A DNA stretch of 64,000 nucleotides from the human T2T-CHM13v2.0 reference genome, Homo sapiens. The notes under the pieces were generated by a model. It saw nothing but the letters and a program-made list of their open reading frames with translations. It made no database searches and was not told the origin of the DNA. Positions 51,592-64,000 of this stretch are shown here, piece by piece. The position numbers and the translations under genes were made by a program. The stretch lies in assembly GCF_009914755.1 (NCBI RefSeq), contig NC_060940.1; one strand, 5' to 3'. Every line of letters begins with the position of its first letter. The stretch's first letter is position 1.

Positions 51592-53290
51592 AGGAATTCC
51601 CAGTAACTTCCTTGTGTTGTGTGCATTCAACTCACAGAGTTGAATGATTCTTTACACAGAGCAGATTTGAGACACTCTTTTGGTGGAATTTGTTAGTGGA
51701 GAATTCAGCCGCTTTGAGGTCAACGGTAGAAAAGGAAATATCTTCGTATAAAAACTAGACAGAATGATTCTCAGAAACTGTTTTGTGATGTGTGCGTTCA
51801 ACTCACAGAGTTTAACCTTTCTTTTCAAAGAGCAGTTAGGAAACACTCTGTTTGTAAAGTCTGCAAGTGGATATTCAGACCTCTTTGAGGCCTTCGTTGG
51901 AAACGGGATTTCTTCATATTATGCTAGACAGATGAATTCTCAGTAACTTCCTTGTGTTGTGTGTATTCAACTCACAGAGTTGAACGATCCTTTACACAGA
52001 GCAGATTTTAAACACTGTTTTTCTGGAATTTGCAAGTGGAGATTTCAGCCGCTTTGAGGTCAATGGTAGAAAAAGAAATATCTTCGTATAAAAACTAGAC
52101 AGAATGATTCTCAGAAACTCCTTTGTGATGTGTGCTTTCAACTCACAGAGTTTAACCTTTCTTTTCACAGAGCAGTTAGGAAACACTCTGTTTGTGAAGC
52201 CTGCCAGTGGATATTCGGACCTCTTTGAGGCCTTCGTTGGAAACGGGATTTCTTCATATTATGCTAGACAGAAGATTTCTCAGTAACTTCTTTGTGTTGT
52301 GTGTATGCACCTCACAGAGTTCAACCTTCCTTTAGACAGAGCAGATTTGAAACACTCTTTTTGTGGAATTTGCAAGTGGAGATTTCAAGCGCTTCGATGC
52401 CAATGGTAGAAAAGGAAATATCTTCGTATAAAAACAAGACAAACTCGTTCCCAGACACTGCGTAGTGATGTGTGTGTTTAACTCACAGAGTTTCACCTTT
52501 CTTTTCATACAGCATTCTGGAAACCCTCTGTTTGTAAAGTCTGCAAGTGGATATTTGGACCTCTTAGATGCCTTCGTTGGAAACGGGATTTCTTCATATA
52601 ATGCTAGAGGGAAGAATTCTTAGTAACTTCTTTGTGTTGTGTGTATTCAACTGACAGAGTTGAACCTTCCTTTAGACAGAGCAGATTTGAAAGTCTCTTT
52701 TTGTGGAATTTGCAAGTGGAGATTTCAAGCGCTTTGAGGCCAAAAGCAGAAAAGGAAATATTTTCCTATAAAAACTAGACAGAATCATTCTCAGAAACTG
52801 CTCTGTGATGTGTGTGTTCAACACACAGAGTTTAACTTTTCTTTTCATTCAGCAGTTTGGAAACACTCTGTTTGGAAAGTCTGCACGTGGATATTTTGAC
52901 CTCTTTGAGGCCTTCGTTGGAAACGGGTTTTTTTCATGTAAGGCTAGACAGAAGAAATCTCAGTAACTTCCTTGTGTTGTGTGTATTCAACTGACAGAGT
53001 TGAACCTTCCTTTAGACAGAGCAGATTCGAAACACTCTTTTTCTGCAATTTGCAAGTGGAGACTTCAAGCGCTTTGAGGCCAAAGGCAGAAAAGGAAATA
53101 TCTTCGTAGAAAAACCCGACAGAATCATTCTCAGAAACTGCTCTGTGATGTGTGCGTTCAACTCACAGAGTTTAACTTTTCTTTTCATTCAGCAGTTTGG
53201 AAACACTCTGTTTGTAAAGTCTGCAAGTGGATATCTTGGCCTCTTAGAGGCCTTCGTTGGAAACGGGTTTTTTCATGTAAGGTTAGACAG

Positions 53291-54988
53291 AGGAATTCCC
53301 AGTAACTTCCTTGTGTTGTGTGCATTCAACTCACAGAGTTGAATGATTCTTTACACAGAGCAGATTTGAGACACTCTTTTGGTGGAATTTGTAAGTGGAG
53401 AATTCAGCCGCTTTGAGGTCAACGGTAGAAAAGGAAATATCTTCGTATAAAAACTAGACAGAATGATTCTCAGAAACTGTTTTGTGATGTGTGCGTTCAA
53501 CTCACAGAGTTTAACCTTTCTTTTCAAAGAGCAGTTAGGAAACACTCTGTTTGTAAAGTCTGCAAGTGGATATTCAGACCTCTTTGAGGCCTTCGTTGGA
53601 AACGGGATTTCTTCATATTATGCTAGACAGATGAATTCTCAGTAACTTCCTTGTGTTGTGTGTATTCAACTCACAGAGTTGAACGATCCTTTACACAGAG
53701 CAGATTTGAAACACTGTTTTTCTGGAATTTGCAAGTGGAGATTTCAGCCGCTTTGAGGTCAATGGTAGAAAAGGAAATATCTTCGTATAAAAACTAGACA
53801 GAATGATTCTCAGAAACTCCTTTGTGATGTGTGCGTTCAACTCACAGAGTTTAACCTTTCTTTTCACAGAGCAGTTAGGAAACACTCTGTTTGTGAAGCC
53901 TGCCAGTGGATATTCGGACCTCTTTGAGGCCTTCGTTGGAAACGGGATTTCTTCGTATTATGCTAGACAGAAGATTTCTCAGTAACTTCTTTGTGTTGTG
54001 TGTATGCAACTCACAGAGTTCAACCTTCCTTTAGACAGAGCAGATTTGAAACACTCTTTTTGTGGAATTTGCAAGTGGAGATTTCAAGCGCTTCGATGCC
54101 AATGGTAGAAAAGGAAATATCTTCGTAGAAAAACAAGACAAACTCGTTCCCAGACACTGCGTAGTGATGTGTGTGTTTAACTCACAGAGTTTAACCTTTC
54201 TTTTCATACAGCATTCTGGAAACCCTCTGTTTGTAAAGTCTGCAAGTGGATATTTGGACCTTTAGATGCCTTCGTTGGAAACGGGATTTCCTCATATAAT
54301 GCTAGAGGGAAGAATTCTTAGTAACTTCTTTGTGTTGTGTGTATTCAACTGACAGAGTTGAACCTTCCTTTAGACAGAGCAGATTTGAAAGTCTCTTTTT
54401 GTGGAATTTGCAAGTGGAGATTTCAAGCGCTTTGAGGCCAAAAGCAGAAAAGGAAATATTTTCCTATAAAAATTAGACAGAATCTTTCTCAGAAACTGCT
54501 CTGGGATGTGTGCGTTCAACTCACAGAGTTTAACTTTTCTTTTCATTCAGCAGTTTGGAAACACTCTGTTTGGAAAGTCTGCACGTGGATATTTTGACCT
54601 CTTTGAGGCCTTCGTTGGAAACGGGTTTTTTTCATGTAAGGCTAGACAGAAGAAATCTCAGTAACTTCCTTGTGTTGTGTGTATTCAACTGACAGAGTTG
54701 AACCTTCCTTTAGACAGAGCAGATTCGAAACACTCTTTTTCTGCAATTTGCAAGTGGAGACTTCAAGCGCTTTGAGGCCAAAGGCAGAAAAGGAAATATC
54801 TTCGTATAAAAACCCGACAGAATCATTCTCAGAAACTGCTCTGTGATGTGTGCGTTCAACTCACAGAGTTTAACTTTTCTTTTCATTCAGCAGTTTGGAA
54901 ACACTCTGTTTGTAAAGTCTGCAAGTGGATATCTTGGCCTCTTAGAGGCCTTCGTTGGAAACGGGTTTTTTCATGTAAGGTTAGACAG
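53291..54988 (+). repeat. Representative near-consensus 10-mer HOR unit (dimers A-B-C-D-E)
   Basis: Dimer markers: A GGAATTCCC/GAGACACTC/CAACGGTAG; B GATGAATTCTC/AACGATCC/GAAGCCTGCC; C TATGCAAC/TTCGATGCC/ACAAACTCGTTCCCAGACACTGCGTAG; D GGGAAGAATTCTTAG/GAAAGTCTC/TGCACGTGG; E GAAATCTC/TTCGAAAC/ACCCGAC/TATCTTGGCC. There is one GATC per HOR, in dimer B. Confidence 0.93.
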
Positions 54989-57900
54989 AGGAATTCCCAG
55001 TAACTTCCTTGTCTTGTGTGCATTCAACTCACAGAGTTGAATGATTCTTTACACAGAGCAGATTTGAGACACTCTTTTGGTGGAATTTGTTAGTGGAGAA
55101 TTCAGCCGCTTTGAGGTCAACGGTAGAAAAGGAAATATCTTCGTATAAAAACTAGACAGAATGATTCTCAGAAACTGTTTTGTGATGTGTGCGTTCAACT
55201 CACAGAGTTTAACCTTTCTTTTCAAAGAGCAGTTAGGAAACACTCTGTTTGTAAAGTCTGCAAGTGGATATTCAGACCTCTTTGAGGCCTTCGTTGGAAA
55301 CGGGATTTCTTCATATTATGCTAGACAGATGAATTCTCAGTAACTTCCTTGTGTTGTGTGTATTCAACTCACAGAGTTGAACGATCCTTTACACAGAGCA
55401 GATTTGAAACACTGTTTTTCTGGAATTTGCAAGTGGAGATTTCAGCCGCTTTGAGGTCAATGGTAGAAAAGGAAATATCTTCGTATAAAAACTAGACAGA
55501 ATGATTCTCAGAAACTCCTTTGTGATGTGTGCGTTCAACTCACAGAGTTTAACCTTTCTTTTCACAGAGCAGTTAGGAAACACTCTGTTTGTGAAGCCTG
55601 CCAGTGGATATTCGGACCTCTTTGAGGCCTTCGTTGGAAACGGGATTTCTTCGTATTATGCTAGACAGAAGATTTCTCAGTAACTTCTTTGTGTTGTGTG
55701 TATGCAACTCACAGAGTTCAACCTTCCTTTAGACAGAGCAGATTTGAAACACTCTTTTTGTGGAATTTGCAAGTGGAGATTTCAAGCGCTTCGATGCCAA
55801 TGGTAGAAAAGGAAATATCTTCGTATAAAAACAAGACAAACTCGTTCCCAGACACTGCGTAGTGATGTGTGTGTTTAACTCACAGAGTTTAACCTTTCTT
55901 TTCATACAGCATTCTGGAAACCCTCTGTTTGTAAAGTCTGCAAGTGGATATTTGGACCTCTTAGATGCCTTCGTTGGAAACGGGATTTCTTCATATAATG
56001 CTAGAGGGAAGAATTCTTAGTAACTTCTTTGTGTTGTGTGTATTCAACTGACAGAGTTGAACCTTCCTTTAGACAGAGCAGATTTGAAAGTCTCTTTTTG
56101 TGGAATTTGCAAGTGGAGATTTCAAGCGCTTTGAGGCCAAAAGCAGAAAAGGAAATATTTTCCTATAAAAACTAGACAGAATCTTTCTCAGAAACTGCTC
56201 TGGGATGTGTGCGTTCAACTCACAGAGTTTAACTTTTCTTTTCATTCAGCAGTTTGGAAACACTCTGTTTGGAAAGTCTGCACGTGGATATTTTGACATC
56301 TTTGAGGCCTTCGTTGGAAACGGGTTTTTTTCATGTACGGCTAGACAGAAGAAATCTCAGTAACTTCCTTGTGTTGTGTGTATTCAACTGACAGAGTTGA
56401 ACCTTCCTTTAGACAGAGCAGATTCGAAACACTCTTTTTCTGCAATTTGCAAGTGGAGACTTCAAGCGCTTTGAGGCCAAAGGCAGAAAAGGAAATATCT
56501 TCGTATAAAAACCCGACAGAATCATTCTCAGAAACTGCTCTGTGATGTGTGCGTTCAACTCACAGAGTTTAACTTTTCTTTTCATTCAGCAGTTTGGAAA
56601 CACTCTGTTTGTAAAGTCTGCAAGTGGATATCTTGGCCTCTTAGAGGCCTTCGTTGGAAACGGGTTTTTTCATGTAAGGTTAGACAGAGGAATTCCCAGT
56701 AACTTCCTTGTGTTGTGTGCACTCAACTCACAGAGTTGAATGATTCTTTACACAGAGCAGATTTGAGACACTCTTTTGGTGGAATTTGTAAGTGGAGAAT
56801 TCAGCTGCTTTGAGGTCAACGGTAGAAAAGGAAATATCTTCGTATAAAAACTAGACAGAATGATTCTCAGAAACTGTTTTGTGATGTGTGCTTTCAACTC
56901 ACAGAGTTTAACCTTTCTTTTCAAAGAGCAGTTAGGAAACACTCTGTTTGTAAAGTCTGCAAGTGGATATTCAGACCTCTTTGAGGCCTTCGTTGGAAAC
57001 GGGATTTCTTCATATTATGCTAGACAGATGAATTCTCAGTAACTTCCTTGTGTTGTGTGTATTCAACTCACAGAGTTGAACGATCCTTTACACAGAGCAG
57101 ATTTGAAACACTGTTTTTCTGGAATTTGCAAGTGGAGATTTCAGCCGCTTTGAGGTCAATGGTAGAAAAGGAAATATCTTCGTATAAAAACTAGACAGAA
57201 TGATTCTCAGAAACTCCTTTGTGATGTGTGCGTTCAACTCACAGAGTTTAACCTTTCTTTTCACAGAGCAGTTAGGAAACACTCTGTTTGTGAAGCCTGC
57301 CAGTGGATATTCGGACCTCTTTGAGGCCTTCGTTGGAAACGGGATTTCTTCATATTATGCTAGACAGAAGATTTCTCAGTAACTTCTTTGTGTTGTGTGT
57401 ATGCAACTCACAGAGTTCAACCTTCCTTTAGACAGAGCAGATTTGAAACACTCTTTTTGTGGAATTTGCAAGTGGAGATTTCAAGCGCTTCGATGCCAAT
57501 GGTAGAAAAGGAAATATCTTCGTATAAAAACAAGACAAACTCGTTCCCAGACACTGCGTAGTGATGTGTGTGTTTAACTCACAGAGTTTAACCTTTCTTT
57601 TCATACAGCATTCTGGAAACCCTCTGTTTGTAAAGTCTGCAAGTGGATATTTGGACCTCTTAGATGCCTTCGTTGGAAACGGGATTTCCTCATATAATGC
57701 TAGAGGGAAGAATTCTTAGTAACTTCTTTGTGTTGTGTGTATTCAACTGACAGAGTTGAACCTTCCTTTAGACAGAGCAGATTTGAAAGTCTCTTTTTGT
57801 GGAATTTGCAAGTGGAGATTTCAAGCGCTTTGAGGCCAAAAGCAGAAAAGGAAATATTTTCCTATAAAAACTAGACAGAATCTTTCTCAGAAACTGCTCT

Positions 57901-58726
57901 GGGATGTGTGCGTTCAACTCACAGAGTTTAACTTTTCTTTTCATTCAGCAGTTTGGAAACACTCTGTTTGGAAAGTCTGCACGTGGATATTTTGACCTCT
58001 TTGAGGCCTTCGTTGGAAACGGGTTTTTTTCATGTAAGGCTAGACAGAAGAAATCTCAGTAACTTCCTTGTGTTGTGTGTATTCAACTGACAGAGTTGAA
58101 CCTTCCTTTAGACAGAGCAGATTCGAAACACTCTTTTTCTGCAATTTGCAAGTGGAGACTTCAAGCGCTTTGAGGCCAAAGGCAGAAAAGGAAATATCTT
58201 CGTATAAAAACCCGACAGAATCATTCTCAGAAACTGCTCTGTGATGTGTGCGTTCAACTCACAGAGTTTAACTTTTCTTTTCATTCAGCAGTTTGGAAAC
58301 ACTCTGTTTGTAAAGTCTGCAAGTGGATATCTTGGCCTCTTAGAGGCCTTCGTTGGAAACGCGTTTTTTCATGTAAGGTTAGACAGAGGAATTCCCAGTA
58401 ACTTCCTTGTGTTGTGTGCATTCAACTCACAGAGTTGAATGATTCTTTACACAGAGCAGATTTGAGACACTCTTTTGGTGGAATTTGTAAGTGGAGAATT
58501 CAGCCGCTTTGAGGTCAACGGTAGAAAAGGAAATATCTTCGTATAAAAACTAGAAAGAATGATTCTCAGAAACTGTTTTGTGATGTGTGCGTTCAACTCA
58601 CAGAGTTTAACCTTTCTTTTCAAAGAGCAGTTAGGAAACACTCTGTTTGTAAAGTCTGCAAGTGGATATTCAGACCTCTTTGAAGCCTTCGTTGGAAACG
58701 GGATTTCATCATATTATGCTAGACAG

Positions 58727-59744
58727 ATGAATTCTCAGTAACTTCCTTGTGTTGTGTGTATTCAACTCACAGAGTTGAACGATCCTTTACACAGAGCAGA
58801 TTTGAAACACTGTTTTTCTGGAATTTGCAAGTGGAGATTTCAGCCGCTTTGAGGTCAATGGTAGAAAAGGAAATATCTTCGTATAAAAACTGGACAGAAT
58901 GATTCTCAGAAACTCCTTTGTGATGTGTGCGTTCAACTCACAGAGTTTAACCTTTCTTTTCACAGAGCAGTTAGGAAACACTCTGTTTGTGAAGCCTGCC
59001 AGTGGATATTCGGACCTCTTTGAGGCCTTCGTTGGAAACGGGATTTCTTCATATTTTGCTAGACAGAAGATTTCTCAGTAACTTCTTTGTGTTGTGTGTA
59101 TGCAACTCACAGAGTTCAACCTTCCTTTAGACAGAGCAGATTTGAAACACTCTTTTTGTGGAATTTGCAAGTGGAAATTTCAAGCGCATCGATGCCAATG
59201 GTAGAAAAGGAAATATCTTCGTATAAAAACAAGACAAACTCGTTCCCAGACACTGCGTAGTGATGTGTGTGTTTAACTCACAGAGTTTAACCTTTCTTTT
59301 CATACAGCATTCTGGAAACCCTGTGTTTGTAAAGTCTGCAAGTGGATATTTGGACCTCTTAGATGCCTTCGTTGGAAACGGGATTTCTTCATATAATGCT
59401 AGAGGGAAGAATTCTTAGTAACTTCTTTGTGTTGTGTGTATTCAACTGACAGAGTTGAACCTTCCTTTAGACAGAGCAGATTTGAAAGTCTCTTTTTGTG
59501 GAATTTGCAAGTGGAGATTTCAAGCGCTTTGAGGCCAAAAGCAGAAAAGGAAATATTTTCCTATAAAAACTCGACAGAATCATTCTCAGAAACTGCTCTG
59601 TGATGTGTGCGTTCAACTCACAGAGTTTAACTTTTCTTTTCATTCAGCAGTTTGGAAACACTGTTTGGAAAGTCTGCACGTGGATATTTTGACCTCTTTG
59701 AGGCCTTCGTTGGAAACGGGATTTCTTCATATTATGCTAGACAG
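58727..59744 (+). repeat. 6-mer structural-variant HOR (B-C-D, 1018 bp)
   Basis: The dimer-B ORF offset 58787->59805 is 1018. D joins the A-tail at the CENP-B box 59705-59721, and there is a 2-bp deletion (AAACACTGTTTGG) near 59660. Confidence 0.93.
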
Positions 59745-62700
59745 ATGAATTCTCAGTAACTTCCTTGTGTTGTGTGTATTCAACTCACAGAGTTGAACGA
59801 TCCTTTACACAGAGCAGATTTGAAACACTGTTTTTCTGGAATTTGCAAGTGGAGATTTCAGCCGCTTTGAGGTCAACGGTAGAAAAGGAAATATCTTCGT
59901 ATAAAAACTAGACAGAATGATTCTCAGAAACTCCTTTGTGATGTGTGCGTTCAACTCACAGAGTTTAACCTTTCTTTTCACAGAGCAGTTAGGAAACACT
60001 CTGTTTGTGAAGCCTGCCAGTGGATATTCGGACCTCTTTCAGGCCTTCGTTGGAAACGGGATTTCTTCATATTATGCTAGACAGAAGATTTCTCAGTAAC
60101 TTCTTTGTGTTGTGTGTATGCAACTCACAGAGTTCAACCTTCCTTTAGACAGAGCAGATTTGAAACACTCTTTTTGTGGAATTTGCAAGTGGAGATTTCA
60201 AGCGCTTCGATGCCAATGGTAGAAAAGGAAATATCTTCGTATAAAAACAAGACAAACTCGTTCCCAGACACTGCGTAGTGATGTGTGTGTTTAACTCACA
60301 GAGTTTAACCTTTCTTTTCATACAGCATTCTGGAAACCCTCTGTTTGTAAAGTCTGCAAGTGGATATTTGGACCTCTTAGATGCCTTCGTTGGAAACGGG
60401 ATTTCTTCATATAATGCTAGAGGGAAGAATTCTTAGTAACTTCTTTGTGTTGTGCGTATTCAACTGACAGAGTTGAACCTTCCTTTAGACAGAGCAGATT
60501 TGAAAGTCTCTTTTTGTGGAATTTGCAAGTGGAGATTTCAAGCGCTTTGAGGCCAAAAGCAGAAAAGGAAATATTTTCCTATAAAAACTAGACAGAATCT
60601 TTCTCAGAAACTGCTCTGGGATGTGTGTGTTCAACTCACAGAGTTTAACTTTCTTTTCATTCAGCAGTTTGGAAACACTCTGTTTGGAAAGTCTGCACGT
60701 GGATATTTTGACCTCTTTGAGGCCTTCGTTGGAAACGGGTTTTTTTCATGTAAGGCTAGACAGAAGAAATCTCAGTAACTTCCTTGTGTTGTGTGTATTC
60801 AACTGACAGAGTTGAACCTTCCTTTAGACAGAGCAGATTCGAAACACTCTTTTTCTGCAATTTGCAAGTGGAGACTTCAAGCGCTTTGAGGCCAAAGGCA
60901 GAAAAGGAAATATCTACGTATAAAAACCCGACAGAATCATTCTCAGAAACTGCTCTGTGATGTGTGCGTTCAACTCACAGAGTTTAACTTTTCTTTTCAT
61001 TCAGCAGTTTGGAAACACTCTGTTTGTAAAGTCTGCAAGTGGATATCTTGGCCTCTTAGAGGCCTTCGTTGGAAACGGGTTTTTTCATGTAAGGTTAGAC
61101 AGAGGAATTCCCAGTAACTTCCTTGTGTTGTGTGCATTCAACTCACAGAGTTGAATGATTCTTTACACAGAGCAGATTTGAGACACTCTTTTGGTGGAAT
61201 TTGTAAGTGGAGAATTCAGCCGCTTTGAGGTCAACGGTAGAAAAGGAAATATCTTCGTATAAAAACTAGACAGAATGATTCTCAGAAACTGTTTTGTGAT
61301 GTGTGCGTTCAACTCACAGAGTTTAACCTTTCTTTTCAGAGAGCAGTTAGGAAACACTCTGTTTGTAAAGTCTGCAAGTGGATATTCAGACCTCTTTGAG
61401 GCCTTCGTTGGAAACGGGATTTCTTCATATTATGCTAGACAGATGAATTCTCAGTAACTTCCTTGTGTTGTGTGTATTCAACTCACAGAGTTGAACGATC
61501 CTTTACACAGAGCAGATTTGAAACACTGTTTTTCTGGAATTTGCAAGTGGAGATTTCAGCCGCTTTGAGGTCAATGGTAGAAAAGGAAATATCTTCGTAT
61601 AAAAACTAGACAGAATGATTCTCAGAAACTCCTTTGTGATGTGTGCGTTCAACTCACAGAGTTTAACCTTTCTTTTCACAGAGCAGTTAGGAAACACTCT
61701 GTTTGTGAAGCCTGCCAGTGGATATTCGGACCTCTTTGAGGCCTTCGTTGGAAACGGGATTTCTTCATATTATGCTAGACAGAAGATTTCTCAGTAACTT
61801 CTTTGTGTTGTGTGTATGCAACTCACAGAGTTCAACCTTCCTTTAGACAGAGCAGATTTGAAACACTCTTTTTGTGGAATTTGCAAGTGGAGATTTCAAG
61901 CGCTTCGATGCCAATGGTAGAAAAGGAAATATCTTCGTATAAAAACAAGACAAACTCGTTCCCAGACACTGCGTAGTGATGTGTGTGTTTAACTCACAGA
62001 GTTTAACCTTTCTTTTCATACAGCATTCTGGAAACCCTCTGTTTGTAAAGTCTGCAAGTGGATATTTGGACCTCTTAGATGCCTTCGTTGGAAACGGGAT
62101 TTCTTCATATAATGCTAGAGGGAAGAATTCTTAGTAACTTCTTTGTGTTGTGTGTATTCAACTGACAGAGTTGAACCTTCCTTTAGACAGAGCAGATTTG
62201 AAAGTCTCTTTTTGTGGAATTTGCAAGTGGAGATTTCAAGCGCTTTGAGGCCAAAAGCAGAAAAGGAAATATTTTCCTATAAAACCTCGACAGAATCTTT
62301 CTCAGAAACTGCTCTGGGATGTGTGCGTTCAACTCACAGAGTTTAACTTTTCTTTTCATTCAGCAGTTTGTAAACACTCTGTTTGGAAAGTCTGCACGTG
62401 GATATTTTGACATCTTTGAGGCCTTCGTTGGAAACGGGTTTTTTTCATGTACGGCTAGACAGAAGAAATCTCAGTAACTTCCTTGTGTTGTGTGTATTCA
62501 ACTGACAGAGTTGAACCTTCCTTTAGACAGAGCAGATTCGAAACACTCTTTTTCTGCAATTTGCAAGTGGAGACTTCAAGCGCTTTGAGGCCAAAGGCAG
62601 AAAAGGAAATATCTTCGTATAAAAACCCGACAGAATCATTCTCAGAAACTGCTCTGTGATGTGTGCGTTCAACTCACAGAGTTTAACTTTTCTTTTCATT

Positions 62701-64000
62701 CAGCAGTTTGGAAACACTCTGTTTGTAAAGTCTGCAAGTGGATATCTTGGCCTCTTAGAGGCCTTCGTTGGAAACGGGTTTTTTCATGTAAGGTTAGACA
62801 GAGGAATTCCCAGTAACTTCCTTGTGTTGTGTGCACTCAACTCACAGAGTTGAATGATTCTTTACACAGAGCAGATTTGAGACACTCTTTTGGTGGAATT
62901 TGTAAGTGGAGAATTCAGCTGCTTTGAGGTCAACGGTAGAAAAGGAAATATCTTCGTATAAAAACTAGACAGAATGATTCTCAGAAACTGTTTTGTGATG
63001 TGTGCTTTCAACTCACAGAGTTTAACCTTTCTTTTCAAAGAGCAGTTAGGAAACACTCTGTTTGTAAAGTCTGCAAGTGGATATTCAGACCTCTTTGAGG
63101 CCTTCGTTGGAAACGGGATTTCTTCATATTATGCTAGACAGATGAATTCTCAGTAACTTCCTTGTGTTGTGTGTATTCAACTCACAGAGTTGAACGATCC
63201 TTTACACAGAGCAGATTTGAAACACTGTTTTTCTGGAATTTGCAAGTGGAGATTTCAGCCGCTTTGAGGTCAATGGTAGAAAAGGAAATATCTTCGTATA
63301 AAAACTAGACAGAATGATTCTCAGAAACTCCTTTGTGATGTGTGCGTTCAACTCACAGAGTTTAACCTTTCTTTTCACAGAGCAGTTAGGAAACACTCTG
63401 TTTGTGAAGCCTGCCAGTGGATATTCGGACCTCTTTGAGGCCTTCGTTGGAAACGGGATTTCTTCATATTATGCTAGACAGAAGATTTCTCAGTAACTTC
63501 TTTGTGTTGTGTGTATGCAACTCACAGAGTTCAACCTTCCTTTAGACAGAGCAGATTTGAAACACTCTTTTTGTGGAATTTGCAAGTGGAGATTTCAAGC
63601 GCTTCGATGCCAATGGTAGAAAAGGAAATATCTTCGTATAAAAACAAGACAAACTCGTTCCCAGACACTGCGTAGTGATGTGTGTGTTTAACTCACAGAG
63701 TTTAACCTTTCTTTTCATACAGCATTCTGGAAACCCTCTGTTTGTAAAGTCTGCAAGTGGATATTTGGACCTCTTAGATGCCTTCGTTGGAAACGGGATT
63801 TCCTCATATAATGCTAGAGGGAAGAATTCTTAGTAACTTCTTTGTGTTGTGTGTATTCAACTGACAGAGTTGAACCTTCCTTTAGACAGAGCAGATTTGA
63901 AAGTCTCTTTTTGTGGAATTTGCAAGTGGAGATTTCAAGCGCTTTGAGGCCAAAAGCAGAAAAGGAAATATTTTCCTATAAAAACTAGACAGAATCTTTC

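Larger units (their letters stand above)
1..64000 (+). repeat. Alpha-satellite higher-order repeat array, SF1 dimeric type, 10-mer ~1.7 kb HOR (probably human chr16 D16Z2 / S1C16H1L)
   Basis: Canonical alphoid motifs (CATTCTCAGAAACT..GTGATGTGTG..TTCAACTCACAGAGTT) recur every ~170 bp and CENP-B boxes every ~340 bp. HOR starts (AGGAATTCCCAGTAAC) are at 1, 1694, 3388, 5086, 6780, 8479, 10173, 12892, 14587, 16280, 17974, 19668, 21366, 23060, 24759, 26453, 28151, 29850, 31546, 33244, 34942, 36640, 38339, 40038, 41737, 43437, 45136, 46835, 48534, 50233, 51592, 53291, 54989, 56688, 58387, 61103 and 62802. Alpha-satellite identity is essentially certain; the chr16 assignment (~0.8) rests on the recalled 10-mer/1.7 kb size among SF1 arrays. 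Confidence 0.98.

Noticed and set aside
61-63496. About 150 short ORFs (60-86 aa, e.g. MFPNCSLKRK..., MILRNSFVMC..., MMCAFNSQS...) on both strands
   Set aside because: They are chance stop-free frames repeated with the satellite period. They overlap on opposite strands, are freely made and broken by 1-4 bp indels, and show no recognisable domain. I used them only as coordinate markers.
1-64000. CRISPR-like regularity of the conserved CTTCGTTGGAAACGGG motif
   Set aside because: The intervening sequences are homologous ~320-bp satellite, not unique spacers, and there are no cas genes; the motif is the CENP-B box.
1-64000. Transposon (L1/Alu) insertion, inversion or non-satellite island
   Set aside because: Every HOR interval is explained by whole monomers plus small indels, and all boxes are on the + strand. 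I saw no poly-A tail or foreign sequence.

Overview
The whole 64-kb window is one uninterrupted, single-orientation array of primate (most likely human) centromeric alpha-satellite. It is built from ~170-bp monomers in alternating pJalpha-type / CENP-B-box-type dimers (~340 bp, suprachromosomal family 1 pattern), arranged as a 5-dimer, 10-monomer higher-order repeat (HOR) of ~1.7 kb. I label the dimers A-E. A dimeric SF1 10-mer of 1.7 kb best fits the chromosome 16 array D16Z2 (S1C16H1L); this assignment is from recall, not a search. There are 37 HOR starts: 33 full 10-mers (1693-1700 bp), two spans containing a 6-mer deletion variant, one chimeric 8-mer and a final partial unit. I found no genes, RNA genes, transposon insertions or inversions; every listed ORF is a by-product of the repeat. 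I see no new protein-coding or CRISPR-like system. What is worth a second look is the array architecture: HOR haplotypes, two-HOR super-repeats, 11.6-24.5 kb block duplications, deletion junctions at CENP-B boxes and a linked CENP-B-box-disrupting allele. All variant counts were made by eye plus ORF-track offsets and need confirming by alignment.
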